A DNA stretch of 64,000 nt, taken from NCBI RefSeq assembly GCF_044704955.1, contig NC_091992.1, positions 37,076,001-37,140,000 on the forward strand. Reading direction: 5' to 3'. Shown piece after piece: positions 50,020 to 62,046 of this stretch; positions within the stretch are counted from its first letter, which is position 1; each line of letters opens with the position of its first letter. The translations under genes and the position numbers were made by a program. Source of the stretch: Pristiophorus japonicus. Its lineage: Eukaryota. A model generated the notes under the pieces. That model saw only the letters and a list, made by a program, of their open reading frames with translations, searched no databases and was not told the DNA's origin.

Positions 50020-51235
50020 AATAACAACTTGCATTTATACACCATCTTTAACATATAAAAATATCAGAACGTGCTTCACAGAGTCATAAGGGGGAAAAAT
50101 GCATGCTGAGGCAAAGAAGGAAAAATTAGGAGGGGTGAGCAAAGAGGTGAGCAAAGACTTGGTCAAAGAGGTGGATTTTAAAGAGGGTCTTAAAGAAGGA
50201 GAGAGGGTGGAGAGGCAATGGGATTTAAGGGAGGAAATTTGGAGCATGGGACCTAGGTAGCTGAAGGCATGGACACCAATGATGGAGCAAAAGGAGAGGG
50301 ATTGTAAAAGAGGATGGAATCAGTGGAACAGAATATTTGGAGAAGGGAGTGTTGTAGCACAAGAGAAGGTTACAGAGATAGTGAGGGGTGAGAGCATAGA
50401 GTGATTTAAATACGGGGAAGAGAACTTCAACTTTAAGGTGCTGTGGGAGTGGAAACCAATGTAGTTCATTGAGGACAGGGGTAATGGATGAGTTGGCTGA
50501 TGCAGCAGAGGTTACAGGCAGCAGAGTTTTGGATGAGCTAAAGTTTGCGTAGGGTTGAGGACGGGAGTGTCAAGATCTTGCAAAACCCTCGATTCAGGAA
50601 TTGTCCCCTTGGATTGGAAAATTACCAATGTCACTCCATGATTTAAGAAGGGTGGGAGAGATAAACCAGGAAATTATAGGCCTATTAGTATAAGGAAGTT
50701 ACTAGAATCTATCATTAGGGACAGCGTGACTGTGCACTTGGAAGAACATGAAGTGATCAGAGAGAGAACCAGCATGGATTTGTAAATGGTAAGTCATGTC
50801 TGAACTAAGCTACTTAAATTTTGAGGCAGTCAAAAATTTGACAGATAAGATGTTATTTTAATGGATTTCCAGAGGCAATCGATAAGGTTCAACACAAGAG
50901 ATTGTTAGCAAAACTGAAAATGTATGGAATTGGAGGCAGCCTTTTGACATGGGTGGGGAATTGGTTAGAGGGTATGGATTGTGGGTATGTACTACAAATT
51001 AGCAACATGTGACTAGCGGTGTCCCCAGGGATCTCTACGGGAGCATCAGCTTTTCACCATATCTATCAATGACGTGGATGAAGGAATAGAGAGACATATA
51101 TCCAGGTTTGCTGATGACACTAAGTTAGGCAGCACAGTAAATAGTGTAGATGGGAGCAGAAAGTTGCAAAGCAACATTGATAGATTAAATGAGTGGGCAA
51201 AACTGTGGCAGATGGAGTACAAGGCAGGGAAGTGG
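50020..51235. mobile_element. L2 3' fragment (-, 50020-50570) followed by a CR1 RT fragment (+, 50570-51235)
   Basis: L2 tail; CR1 motifs WKITNVTP, ISRFADDTKLG, LQSNIDRLNEWAKLWQM. Confidence 0.8.
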
Positions 51236-51599
51236 AGGTCTTCCACTATATCTCTATGTTCCTCCACTCTGTTAAGCAATGGCAGAACCAGTGTGGGGTT
51301 GGGGTTGGGAGGGTGGGGCTGATAACATCCCCCGCCCCCCACCTTCCTTCCAATCAATCGGACATCAGCCAAACTGATTTTTCAGGACCGCCTCCATTTT
51401 ACTTCCAGGAACCTCTGACAACTGTCTTTTGCCTACAGGTTCAGCCTATATGTTTGTGTGGCCCCAACCGGCCTTTAGACTAGGTATGTCGACATCCTCA
51501 GTTCCCAGCTCGGTCCCCTTCCTGCCAAGTCTGCCAAATCTCGAGGTTCACCCTCTCAGTCAGTCAAGCCTAGTTATGCCACTGCCATTAAGACTCTTA

Positions 51600-51952
51600 T
51601 GAGGCAAAATTGCATATTGTTTGGGGTTGGTAACCTTTGCGAGGCGGGACATCCTATGCTTCGTGCAGCGAAATTGGGGTTACCCTCAGGAGGAAGTGGA
51701 CCCACGAGGCTGGTGCCAGCCAGTTTCTGCCCTGAGGCGAAAATGGATCATAGCAGGGTGAAAAGGGGTTGCCGCGCATGGCGATGACGTCATCGCCAGA
51801 GGCGCAACAGCCCAGGGCACTAGCAGTGGGAGCAGGGCGCTACTGGTTTTGCAACTCCGTAAACTCCTGCGAACCCCACCACCCAGGTGAAAGCACTTTT
51901 GCACCCCGTTAGTGTCCTAACGGAAGGCACACGGTATGCCAATTTTGCCACC
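51600..51952. mobile_element. PIF/Harbinger-type MITE, TSD TTA
   Basis: TIRs GAGGCAAAATTGCATA and TATGCCAATTTTGCCACC; TTA on both flanks. Confidence 0.7.
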
Positions 51953-52879
51953 TTACTGTTTATGGTATACGTCTTTCACCTTTTTCCCCAAAATTTCATA
52001 CTCTGCACTCAATTATAGCGGGCACCAATCTGCTCACTCTGTTAACATGTTCATGCCTTCCTGCAATTCTCTGCATTCCTCCTTATAGCTTGCCATGTTC
52101 TTAATTTGGTATCTTCAATAAACTTCAATTACATTCTTCTTCTCCCTATGTCGAAATTATTTCTATGAATTGAAAAAAAAAGGGCCCAGCACCAATCCCT
52201 GGGATGCCCCACTACCCATGTCCTGTAATACCAAAGAACATCCATTTATGCCTCTTTGCTTTCTGCCAACTAGCCATCCCTTGATCCGTGAGGCTGCATA
52301 CCCTTTCACGCTATAGAGTAGATTTTCAACTTGCCATCTGGACACAAAATACTGTGAAGATCAGACGCCCATTATAGAATGGAAATGAAAATGAGTTTTA
52401 TGCAAGTTGAAAATCTGCCACCATGTATCTTAATTTTCACAACAGTTCCATAACTCGGCACTTAATCAAATGCCTTCTTAAAATCCATAAATTATATCTA
52501 CACATACAACCTCCATCTCATTCGCTTTTTCAATACACTGTGATTTCTGAAAAAATGCAATTAAATTAGTCAAGCACAACGATTACAGAACTATGTGGAC
52601 TGTCCCTAATAATCCTCATCTTTCTACAGGTTAACTAATTTCATCCCATATTAAATTTTAGAGGATCTCATTCATTAGCCAATTACATTAGGGATTCGTG
52701 GACACATAACCCACAGTTCTTCCTTCCATTAGTAACATAGGAACATACAGGACCACAGCAGTCCATCTGGCCGATGCCAGTGTCTAGGAATATTATATCC
52801 CACGTTATGTCTCATACCTTTCTTATTTTCTTCTCCATGTACTTATACAATTCTGATGCACTCAGCCCTCATCACCTCA

Positions 52880-53095
52880 ACAAAAACAACAACTTGGATT
52901 TATATGGTACATTTAATGTAGTGAAACATCCCAAGGCGCTTCACAGGAGTATTATGAGATAAAAACATTTGATACTGAGCCGCGTAAGGAGAAATTAGGG
53001 CAGATGACCAAAAGCTTGGTCGAAGAGGTAGGGTTTAAGGAGCGTCTTGAAGGAGGAATGAGGTAGAGAGGCGGAGAGGTTTAGGCAGGGTATCT
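52880..53095 (-). mobile_element. L2 3' tail
   Basis: (CAA)n and GACCAAAAGCTTGGTCGAAGAGGTAGG, matching the other L2 tails. Confidence 0.8.
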
Positions 53096-54142
53096 CAGGG
53101 AATGCCTCCTATAGTTTCACCACCCTATCCATGAAGTACAATCTAAACTTCTTTTGCGCCCTCCCTTTACTAGTCTCTTATAGATCAGGCAGAGGGGTAA
53201 GTTCAGAACAAACATACATTCCAAAACCACTTCAAGTAGAGTGGTTCTACAAAATATACAAGGCATGATTCAAGATGTCGATAAAGCTAAACAATGTTGA
53301 GGTGGCAGCTCTCCTATTGTGAATGTATCATCTGAAGCTGGCACTGCAGCAATAGGAGCTCACGTGCTATCGACAGCAGTGCATCTGAGCTTGTCTTCCA
53401 GAGGAAGCTTCGGAATCCCTGGGCAAGTAAAGCCCCACTGTGCCAACATTGTTGCTGTTAGCTGAATTAAAGATGGATTAGTCAATTAGTGATGGGTCAT
53501 CCAGCCACATGTGGTTAGCTGGTGATCAAGTTATAATTAGCTGGGAGGTCTACCCACACAATATTAGGCTTTTCAGTTGATGCACAAAGCCTGTCGTGGT
53601 CAGCATAGCTCAAGGACATTCACTCTAACCTGTGGCTTGAGAGTTCATGAACCAGTGCTGGGGATTCTCTTTTCCCCCTAACTAATTAAACTCTTTGAAT
53701 TGTTTTATATGTCAAATATAAATCGTCATTCATTATTTATCACACAGTCAGGATATAATCCACCTCCTGTTTGTGTAATTACACTGGATTTTCTGACCTT
53801 TCCATTCTATATATTTATGCTGTCAAGATCACTACATTTTGCCACTTTGGTTTGAAAAACAATTCTTTATTCAAATTTCTGGCTCAGACCAACACGGATA
53901 TCACATGACAATCACACTCTACACCCCAATAAGCGAAGATCTGCCATATTAGGATGGCTTCTTTACAATATTTACATATGTCATGGTACAGGTATAGTTT
54001 GGATTGTATTATTTTGATTCTGGGAAAATATGTTTCCAGCTATTTCTAACAGTCATTAGGTGCAAACCAACCACTTTCTCAAAGTGATAAGTATTTAATA
54101 CCATTGTCTAATAAAGTGTGGGGGCTCCAAACCGAACCTTTG

Positions 54143-57100
54143 TGTAAAGTCCTGTCCCCTCAGGACAGATTTACACGAGGCATGTAGTGAAGTCAAGGTC
54201 ACTCTGGACCTGCACCTTTATTTCACAGCTCTGGAATGCTGCACTTGCCTGAGACCTGTCCTTATATAACTGTCTCTTGCAAGTGCACCCCTGGTGGTAA
54301 GGTATGCTGGTGGTTACAGGTCATATCTTATTACAGTCAGGTATAGCATGTTAGGATACAGTTATATATAATAATGTAAGATACATGACATCACCCTCCC
54401 CCAAGGTCTTATTGTCTTTATAGGTTCAGTCTCTCAGGTGACCTACGCTCTTGCGTGGAGCGTCTGAGTTGTGGTTCAGTTGTTTGCCTTGGTGTCTGTT
54501 TTTCTTTGGGTGTAGTTGCTGGTATCTCGCCTGGGCTGTCTGTTTCGATTGGTGTGATTGTTGTTGACTCGCCTGGGCTGTCTGTTGGGATTGCCCTTTC
54601 CTCAGGTTGTTCCCTCTGTCTGTCCACCAGGTGTGGTGCGAGTTCCACATTGTAGTCTGCCTCTGGTTCCGCAGTGTTGTTGGTAAATCTGCTTTTGACT
54701 TGGTCTACATGCCTCCGGCAGGTTTTGCCATTGTCCATTTGTACTACCAGTAGCCTGTTTCCTTCCTTGCCCGTTACTGCCCCTGCAAGCTATTTGGGAC
54801 CCCTGCCATAGTTTAGTACAGACACTTTGTCCCCTATCTCATTCCATCTCCCCCTCGAATTTCTGTCATGATACTCAGTCAGCTTACGGCGCTTTGCCTC
54901 AACGATTTGATGCATGTTTGGGAGGATTAATGAGAGCCTTGTTTTTAAAGTCCTTTTCATCAACAGTTGCCCAGGGAGGATCCCAGTCAGTGAGTGTGGA
55001 CGAGATCTGTATGCCAGCAGCAGTCGCGACAGGCGACCCTGAAGCGTGGGACCTTGGATTTTAAGCATGCCTTGTTTAATGATTTGCACTGCTCTCTCCG
55101 CCTGGCCGTTAGAGACCAGCTTGAACGGTGCCGTCTTGACGTGATTTATGCCGTGGTCAATTATAAAGTCTTGGACTTCTGCGCTGGTGAAGCACGGACC
55201 ATTGTCACTGACCAATATGTCAGGGATTCCGTGCGTTGAAAACATGGTTGCAAGGCTCTCCACAGTGGTGGAGGTTGTGCTCGAGTTTAAAATGGTGCAT
55301 TCGATCCACTTTGAAAATGCATCTACAACTACGAGGAACATTTTGCCCAAGAATGGGCCCGCATAGTCTACGTGCACTCGCGACCATGGTTTGGTAGGCC
55401 AGGGCCAGGGGCTCAGTGGAGCCTCCCTGGGGGCATTGCTGAGTTGGGCACAAATGGTGCTCCTTCGGACGCAGAGCTTCAAGTCCACGTCAATACCAGG
55501 CCACCAGACGTGTGATCTGGCTATGGCCTTCATGAGAACGATCCCCGGGTGCTCGCGGTGGAGCTCCCGAACAAATGCCTCTCTGCCTCGCAGAGGCATG
55601 ACTACTCGGCTGCCCCACATCAGGCAGTCTGCTTGTAGTGATAGCTCATGCATGCGCCTGTGAAAGGGTTTTAATTCCTCGGGGCAGGCATCGCGAGCCT
55701 CTGCCCAGTCACCGGTTAGGACACATCTTTTTACTAAGGATAACGTGGGGTTGCTGGCCGTCCAGGCTCTGATTTGGTGAGCCGTCATGGGCGAACCTGT
55801 GGACTCAAAGGCATTGATTGCCATGACTATCTCACAGTCCTGTTCGTCAGTCCCTTCCATGGTCGCCAGGGGTAGCCTGCTGAGCGCGTCGGCACAGTTG
55901 TCTGTGCCTGATGGTATAGTCGTAGGACGCCAGCATGAGTGCCCACCGTTGAATTCGCGCCAAGGCGTTGGCGTTTATTGCCTTGCTCTCGGATAGGAGG
56001 GACGTGAGGGAATTATGGTCAGTTTCTACCGCGAACTTGGCCCCGAAAAGGTATTGGTGCATCTTTTTGACACCGTACATGCACGCGAGCGCCTCCTTCT
56101 TTACCATTCCGTACCCGTGCTCCGCCCGCATGACCTGGTGGCATAAGCTATGGGTTGTAATTTGCCCGCACTATTGACATGTTGCAAAACGCACCCGACC
56201 CCATACGCTGACGCATCGCATTGAGAATTAGCTTTTTACCTGGGTCAAAGAAAGTCAAAACACTGTTGGAACACAGAAGGTTGCGTGCCTTATTGAAGGC
56301 GCGTTCCTGGGCGTCCCCCCAAAACCAATCGCACCCCTTCCTGAGTAGCACGTGGAGAGGCTCCAGCAGCGTGCTTAAGTTCTGCATAAAGTTCTAAAGT
56401 AATTGAGTAGCCCGAGAAAGGCGCGCAGTTCTGAGACATTCCGGGGCCTGGGTGTCAGGTGAATTGCTTCTGTTTTGGACTCTGTTGGGCGGATTCCATC
56501 AGCGGCAATCCTACTGCCCAAAAATTCAACCTCGGGTGCAAGAAACAGGCATTTGGATTTCTTGACTCGTAAGCCTACCTGATCCAACCACTTTAGTACC
56601 TCCTCCAAATTACGGAGATGGGAGTCGGTGTCCCTGCCCGTGATAAGTATGTCGTCTTGAAGTACAACCGTTCCCAGGATGGACTTGAGCAGACTCTCCA
56701 TGTTGTGCTGGAATATGGCAACTGCCGACCTGATGCCGAATGGGCATCGATTGTACATGAAAAGGCCTCGATGTGTATTGATGGTGTTGAGTAGCTTGGA
56801 TTCCTCGGTCAATTCTTGCGTCATATACGCAGATGTGAGGTCTAATTTTGAGAAAAGTTTACCTCCAGCCAATGTGGCAAATAAGTCCTCTGCTCTGGTC
56901 CTGTAGGGAGACTCTGTTTATGGTAGATTTGTAGTCCCCACAGATTCGTACGGATCCATCAGGCTTCATGACTGGGACAATGGGACTTGCCCAGTCGCTA
57001 AATTCCACAGGTGATATAATGCCTTCCCGCAGAAACCTGTCTAGTTCGTGTTCAATCTTTTCCCTCATCACATGGAGTACAGCTCTGGCCTTGTGATGGA

Positions 57101-58858
57101 CCGGTCTAGCATCCTGTGTGATGTAGATTTTGACTTTGGCCCCTTTGAAAGTGCCCACACCTGGCTGAAAGAGATGTTCAAATTGCTTTATAACTGTTGA
57201 GCAAGAGGTCCGTTCCTCTAATGACATGGCATGGACATCATCCCATTTCCAGTTTAGTTTTGCCAGCCAGCTTCTCCCCAGCAGTGCTGGGGGGTCTCTG
57301 GGGACAATCCACAGGGGAAGTCGGTTCAGTGTCCCTTTGTGTGTGACAGAGAGCATGGCGCTGCCGAGGACTGGTAAGATTTCTTTGGTATTGGTCCTTA
57401 GTTTGGTGTCGACCCTTGTGAGTTTTGGTCTGTCTCTTTTATGCGGCCACAGTTGTTCAAATTGTTGAGCGCCCATGAGAGATTGACTCGCTCCCGTATC
57501 CAGCTCCATGTTGACAGATATCCCGTTGAGTAGGACCCTCATCATTATAGGAGGCGTCCTGTCGTAGGAGCAGCGGCCATTTATCGTGTTGACCCGCTGT
57601 ACACCGGTGTCCCGGGTACTGTCCCCACCATCTTCTGGTCCGCTTTCCGACCCATCTGATTCGTATACCAGCCGAGCTGCAGTTTTTTTGCACATGCGGG
57701 CCAAATGCCCTGTATATTCACAATTTCTGAAAACAGCCTGCTGAAATCTACATCCCCTTGACGAGTGCCCACCCCCACACCTCCAGCACAGACCTGTTCC
57801 ATTGATCAGAGTTCCCAAAGAATGAGCTGCGTCTGGCTGATCTCTCTTGAGCTTCTCTCAGTTTGTAGTTGATTGCTCATATTGTGGGTTGATGAGTTGT
57901 GAACGGCTGTTCCTGTGGCCCTTGATGGCCTCTGCCTACTATCGAGAGCCTGTTCTCCCAGTTTTGTCTGTGTGTGGGGGTAGCAGCTTGTTTAGTGCTG
58001 TCAACTTCTTGTTCCGATATTTCGTTAGTTGTCGTACCTGCATTGTAAATCAACCTCGTTTCTTCTTCCCCTACCAAGAATGTCTGTGCAACCAGTGCTG
58101 CTGCCTCTAAGGTCAGGTTCTTGGTCTCTATGAGCTTTCGGAATATGCCTGCGTGGCCTATTCCTTCAATGAAAAAGTCTCTCAGCATTTCTCGCCTCAG
58201 TTCATCGGAGAACTCACATAAACTAGCCAACCTCCGAAGTTCCGCCATGAAGTCGGGTATGCTCTGACCCACACAGTGTCTGAAGTTGTAGAACCTGTGT
58301 CTGACCATGTGTCGGCTGCTCGCTGGCTTCAGGTGGTCTCTTACCAGTGTGCTCAATTCTTCAAACGACTTGCTTGCTGGTTTCTCGGGTGCCAACAGAT
58401 CCTTCATTAAAGCGTATGTTTTCGAGCCACAGCTGGTCAAGAGATGGGCTCTTCACTTGTCTGCCTTATCATTGCCTAACCAGTCTTTGGTTACAAAGCT
58501 TTGCTGGAGCCTTTCTATAAAGTCCTCCCAATTGTCTCCCGCATTGTACTTTTCATCTGATCCGTTGTTTGCCATTCTGTGGATTCTGTAATCCCGTAAC
58601 TCGTCGCCACTGTAAAGTCCTGTCCCCTCAGTACAGACTCACACGAGGCATATAGTAAAGTCAAGGTCACTCTGGACCTGCACCTTTATTTCACAGCTCT
58701 GGAATGCTGCACTTGCCTGAGACCTGTCCTTATATAACTGTCTCTTGCAAGTGCACCCCTGGTGGTAAGGTATGCTGGTGGTTACAGGTCATATCTTATT
58801 ACAGTCATGTATAGCATGTTAGGATACAGTTATATATAATAATGTAAGATACATGACA
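54143..58858 (-). mobile_element. Full-length Gypsy (Mag-type) LTR retrotransposon B, TSD CTTTG
   Basis: 248-bp LTRs 58611-58858 (5') and 54143-54390 (3'), TG...CA ends, 6 substitutions by manual count; PBS at 58600-58609; PPT GGGGGAGGGTGA; CTTTG on both flanks. Confidence 0.97.
54418..58575 (-). pseudogene. Disrupted gag-pol of element B
   Basis: MANNGSDEKY..WEDFIERL, CWRCGGGHSSRGC, LDTGA, KLDLTSAY, VLQDDILI, LHREHPG, RVHVDYAGPF, VSDNGP, SNGQAER; several stops and frameshifts. Confidence 0.93.
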
Positions 58859-60240
58859 CTTTGCATGGGACCCCCTGCACCCCCCTGCCACAAAGTAAAC
58901 TCTGTCCCTGTAGGCAGCCAGTAGGAATCCGAGCAGGTCCTCGGGGGATACAACCCATTGGCTTGACAGTAGATTTAATGGCACTAATGAGAAAAGTGAA
59001 GCACGACTTTAATGCAAGTGCCTGAAACCGTCCATACCTACTTCTACCAGAAGAGCATCACTTAGTAACAGATGAGACACATACTCACAAACCGCAAGGG
59101 CAAGGACAGTAGTGTGAACACATTACACATTAATAAAAGCAAATATTAAATGCTGTGAACATTTCTGTCGGTATTTTCCCATGTAAAATTAATGCAAAAA
59201 CAAATTGTTTTACGGATGACAGCGAGAAACAAAACAGGTAATTGTAGCAAAGCAATAATGCAGAGCGGTTTTTATTAAAATGATTGTTCAAAGTGTTGTA
59301 TTCGCAGTGAGTGCCATAGCCAGGCCTCCAGCTGTTTGATGCCAATACTGCAGAATAATTGCTCTGTCCCTGCATCCTGTGCAGTGACGTCTTGACTTGA
59401 TTGGACGGCTGCCCAACAATTGGAAAATGAATTAGTACTGAATAGCAGCAAAAAAACCTGGAATTCATGCAACATTGAGAGTGAGCACAAAAGAGACTTG
59501 GCTGATCCCCAGCTAATGGCACAATCACTTAAAAGGAGAAGTAGATGCGGGAGATGCATATCAACTACGTACGCTCGAGCTGAGAAAGTCAGCACCACAA
59601 AGGTAATCCTGACTGGAAGGTTAGCTCATTCTGCTGACGGGATCGTTGGAAATGAACACTTTTCATGAATAGTGTTGATCTCACTTATATCTGGGAGCAG
59701 GAGGAATCAGATCAGGTCAGGTGCAGCAATTGTTTCAAAAGAAGTGCTGTTCTGCGGGCCAGATAAAACTGCAAAATGAATTTGTCCACAGGCTGCCGGT
59801 TGGGCACTGCAGACACAACAGGGCTCATTTTTTGACTTTGCCCTCCTGGCTGAGAGCCTTGCTAGCAGGGAGTGCACATCAGAAATTCGAGCACCTACTG
59901 CCAGCAACGCAAAGTTGGAAAATAACCCCTAAAGGAGCCTTTTCAATGGTTTGAAAACCAGCCGTCTTACAAAGGGCAAAAGCAAGATATTGTGGACATT
60001 GGATTTCTGAAATAAAACCAGAAAATACTGGAAATACTCAGCAGGTCAGGCAGTATTTGTGGAGAGAGAAACAGTTAACATTTCAGGTCGGTGAACTTTC
60101 ACCAGAACTGGAAAAAGTTCAATATATAACAGATTTTAAGCAGGGGCAGAGAAAGGGGTGAGGGAAGGGAAGAACGAAAGGGAAGGTCTGTGGTAAAGTG
60201 GAAGGCAGGAGAGATTAAATGACAAACGTTATGATAGTGC

Positions 60241-60597
60241 TGTTATATATGCAGACTATAGATATACTCTCTGTGTAGTCACTGTATAGTTGCATAAGAT
60301 AGAGACTTGTTACCTGATGTACTGTCAATAAGGTTTACACTGTGTATATACTATGCTAGAGGGTGCAACTGGTGGAGACCGGGGTTTCCTGCTCCTGTGG
60401 CAGAGACTGTCCACCAAAGGGCACTGCGCTGGGAGACCTGAGGGTCACCTGCATAGGTGTGCAGGGCCCAGTATAAAAGGCTGCCCACCATGCTTGTGCC
60501 TCTCTCTGGAGTTACGAATAAGGGACCAAGGTCACCACAGTTTGAATACAACACATTGCCTCGTGGAGTCATTCATAAGTGCACTACAGACATAACA
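60241..60597 (+). mobile_element. Solo LTR (357 bp)
   Basis: TGTTAT...ATAACA termini, TATAAAA at ~60473, TSD AGTGC/AGTAC (1 mismatch); not similar to LTRs A-D. Confidence 0.85.
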
Positions 60598-60825
60598 AGT
60601 ACAAAGCAAAATGAGATGGTAATGGAACAATTAAAGAAACAAAAGATGAATCCTGAAGCGATGTAAATAGGAATGGCAGCATCATCAAGAGCTGCCGCCT
60701 GAAAAAATAAGGACAGATGTTATGGCCTGAAATCGTTGAGCTCCATGTTGAGTCCAGAGTCTGTAAATTGCCTAATTGAAGGATGAGGTGCTGATCCTCG
60801 AGCTTAGGCTGAGCTTCACTGGAAC

Positions 60826-61262
60826 GGTGTCAGTTGTGTCTCTGTGGGTAGCACTCTCGCGTCTTGAGTCAGAAGGGTATGGATTCAAGTCCCACTCCAA
60901 GGACTTGAGCACAGAAATCTCGGCTGACACTCCAGTGCAGTGCTGAAGGAGTGCTGCACTATCGGAGGTGCCATCTTCCAGAGGCCCCGTCTACTCTCTC
61001 AAATGGATGTAAAAGATCCCATGGCATTATTTAGAAGCAGCACAGGGGAGTTATCCCTCAATCAACATACCAAAAAACAGATTATCTGGTCATTATCACG
61101 TTGCTATTTGTGGGAGCTTGCTTGTGCACAAATTGGCTGCCGCATTTCCTACATTACAACAGTGACTACACTCCAAAAAGTACTTAATTGGCTGTAAAGC
61201 ACTTTGAGATGTCCAGTGGTCATGAAAGGCACTATATAAATCCAAATCTTTCTTTTCTTTTA
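60826..61262 (+). mobile_element. Full-length DeuSINE/SacSINE1-like SINE inside Penelope
   Basis: Same head, core and tail as 7598-8050; (CTTT)n end. Confidence 0.85.
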
Positions 61263-62046
61263 AGAAGCCGAGGTCAGAGAGGTCAGAGTTGGATTCGAGT
61301 GGGGAATTAAAGTGACAGGTGACCGGAAGCTCGGGGTCATGCTTACGGACTGAACAGAGGTGTTCCGCAAAGTACTCACACAATCTGCGTTTGGTCTCCC
61401 CAATGTAGAGGAGACCGCATCGTGAGCAGCGAATGCATTATATCAAATTGCAAGAAATACAAGTAAATCGCTGTTTCACCTGGAAGGAGAGTTGGGACCC
61501 TGGACGGTGGGAAGAGAGGAGGTAAAAGGGCAGGTGTTGCATCTTCTGACCTTTCACGGGAAGGTGCCAAGGGAAGGGGAGGAGGGTGTTGCCGGTGATT
61601 GAGAAGTGGACAAGGGTGTCGTGGAGAGAGCGGTCCCTTCGGAATGCTGAAAGGGGAGTGATGGGGAAGATGTGTTTGGTGGTGGGACCAGTCTTACAAA
61701 GTGACATGATAATGTCAGAAACAGTGAGAACAATGCCACAGCGGTTTGTAACTGTCAATTAAAGCACCACCTCTGCCAGCTGTGATATCACTTTTACTGT
61801 ATCTTGTATTTTTATAATACCTACAGTTCACTGAAAGAATTTTAATTAACTCTAGGCTCACTTTCTTTTGCTGCCGTCAATACCATGGCAGAAGTTAATG
61901 ACCTGTGCACTTTCTGTGCTGTTGATATAATATCCATACAGAAAGATTCATGACCGAGGTCATTAGTGTAAATCTATTGGATGATGATCACTTTCCTCTG
62001 CTCCGACTCATTCTTTCCCAGGATCTCATTTACTTACCTCTCCCAG

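Larger units (their letters stand above)
59975..61692 (-). mobile_element. Penelope-like element (GIY-YIG endonuclease and 3' end), interrupted by a solo LTR and a SINE
   Basis: AFRRDRSLHDTLVH, FQVKQRFTCISCNLI, IRCSRCGLLYIGETKRRL, FAEHLCSVRKHDPELPVTCHFN, KLEDQHLILQLG; hammerhead-like motif at 60072-60110. Confidence 0.88.
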
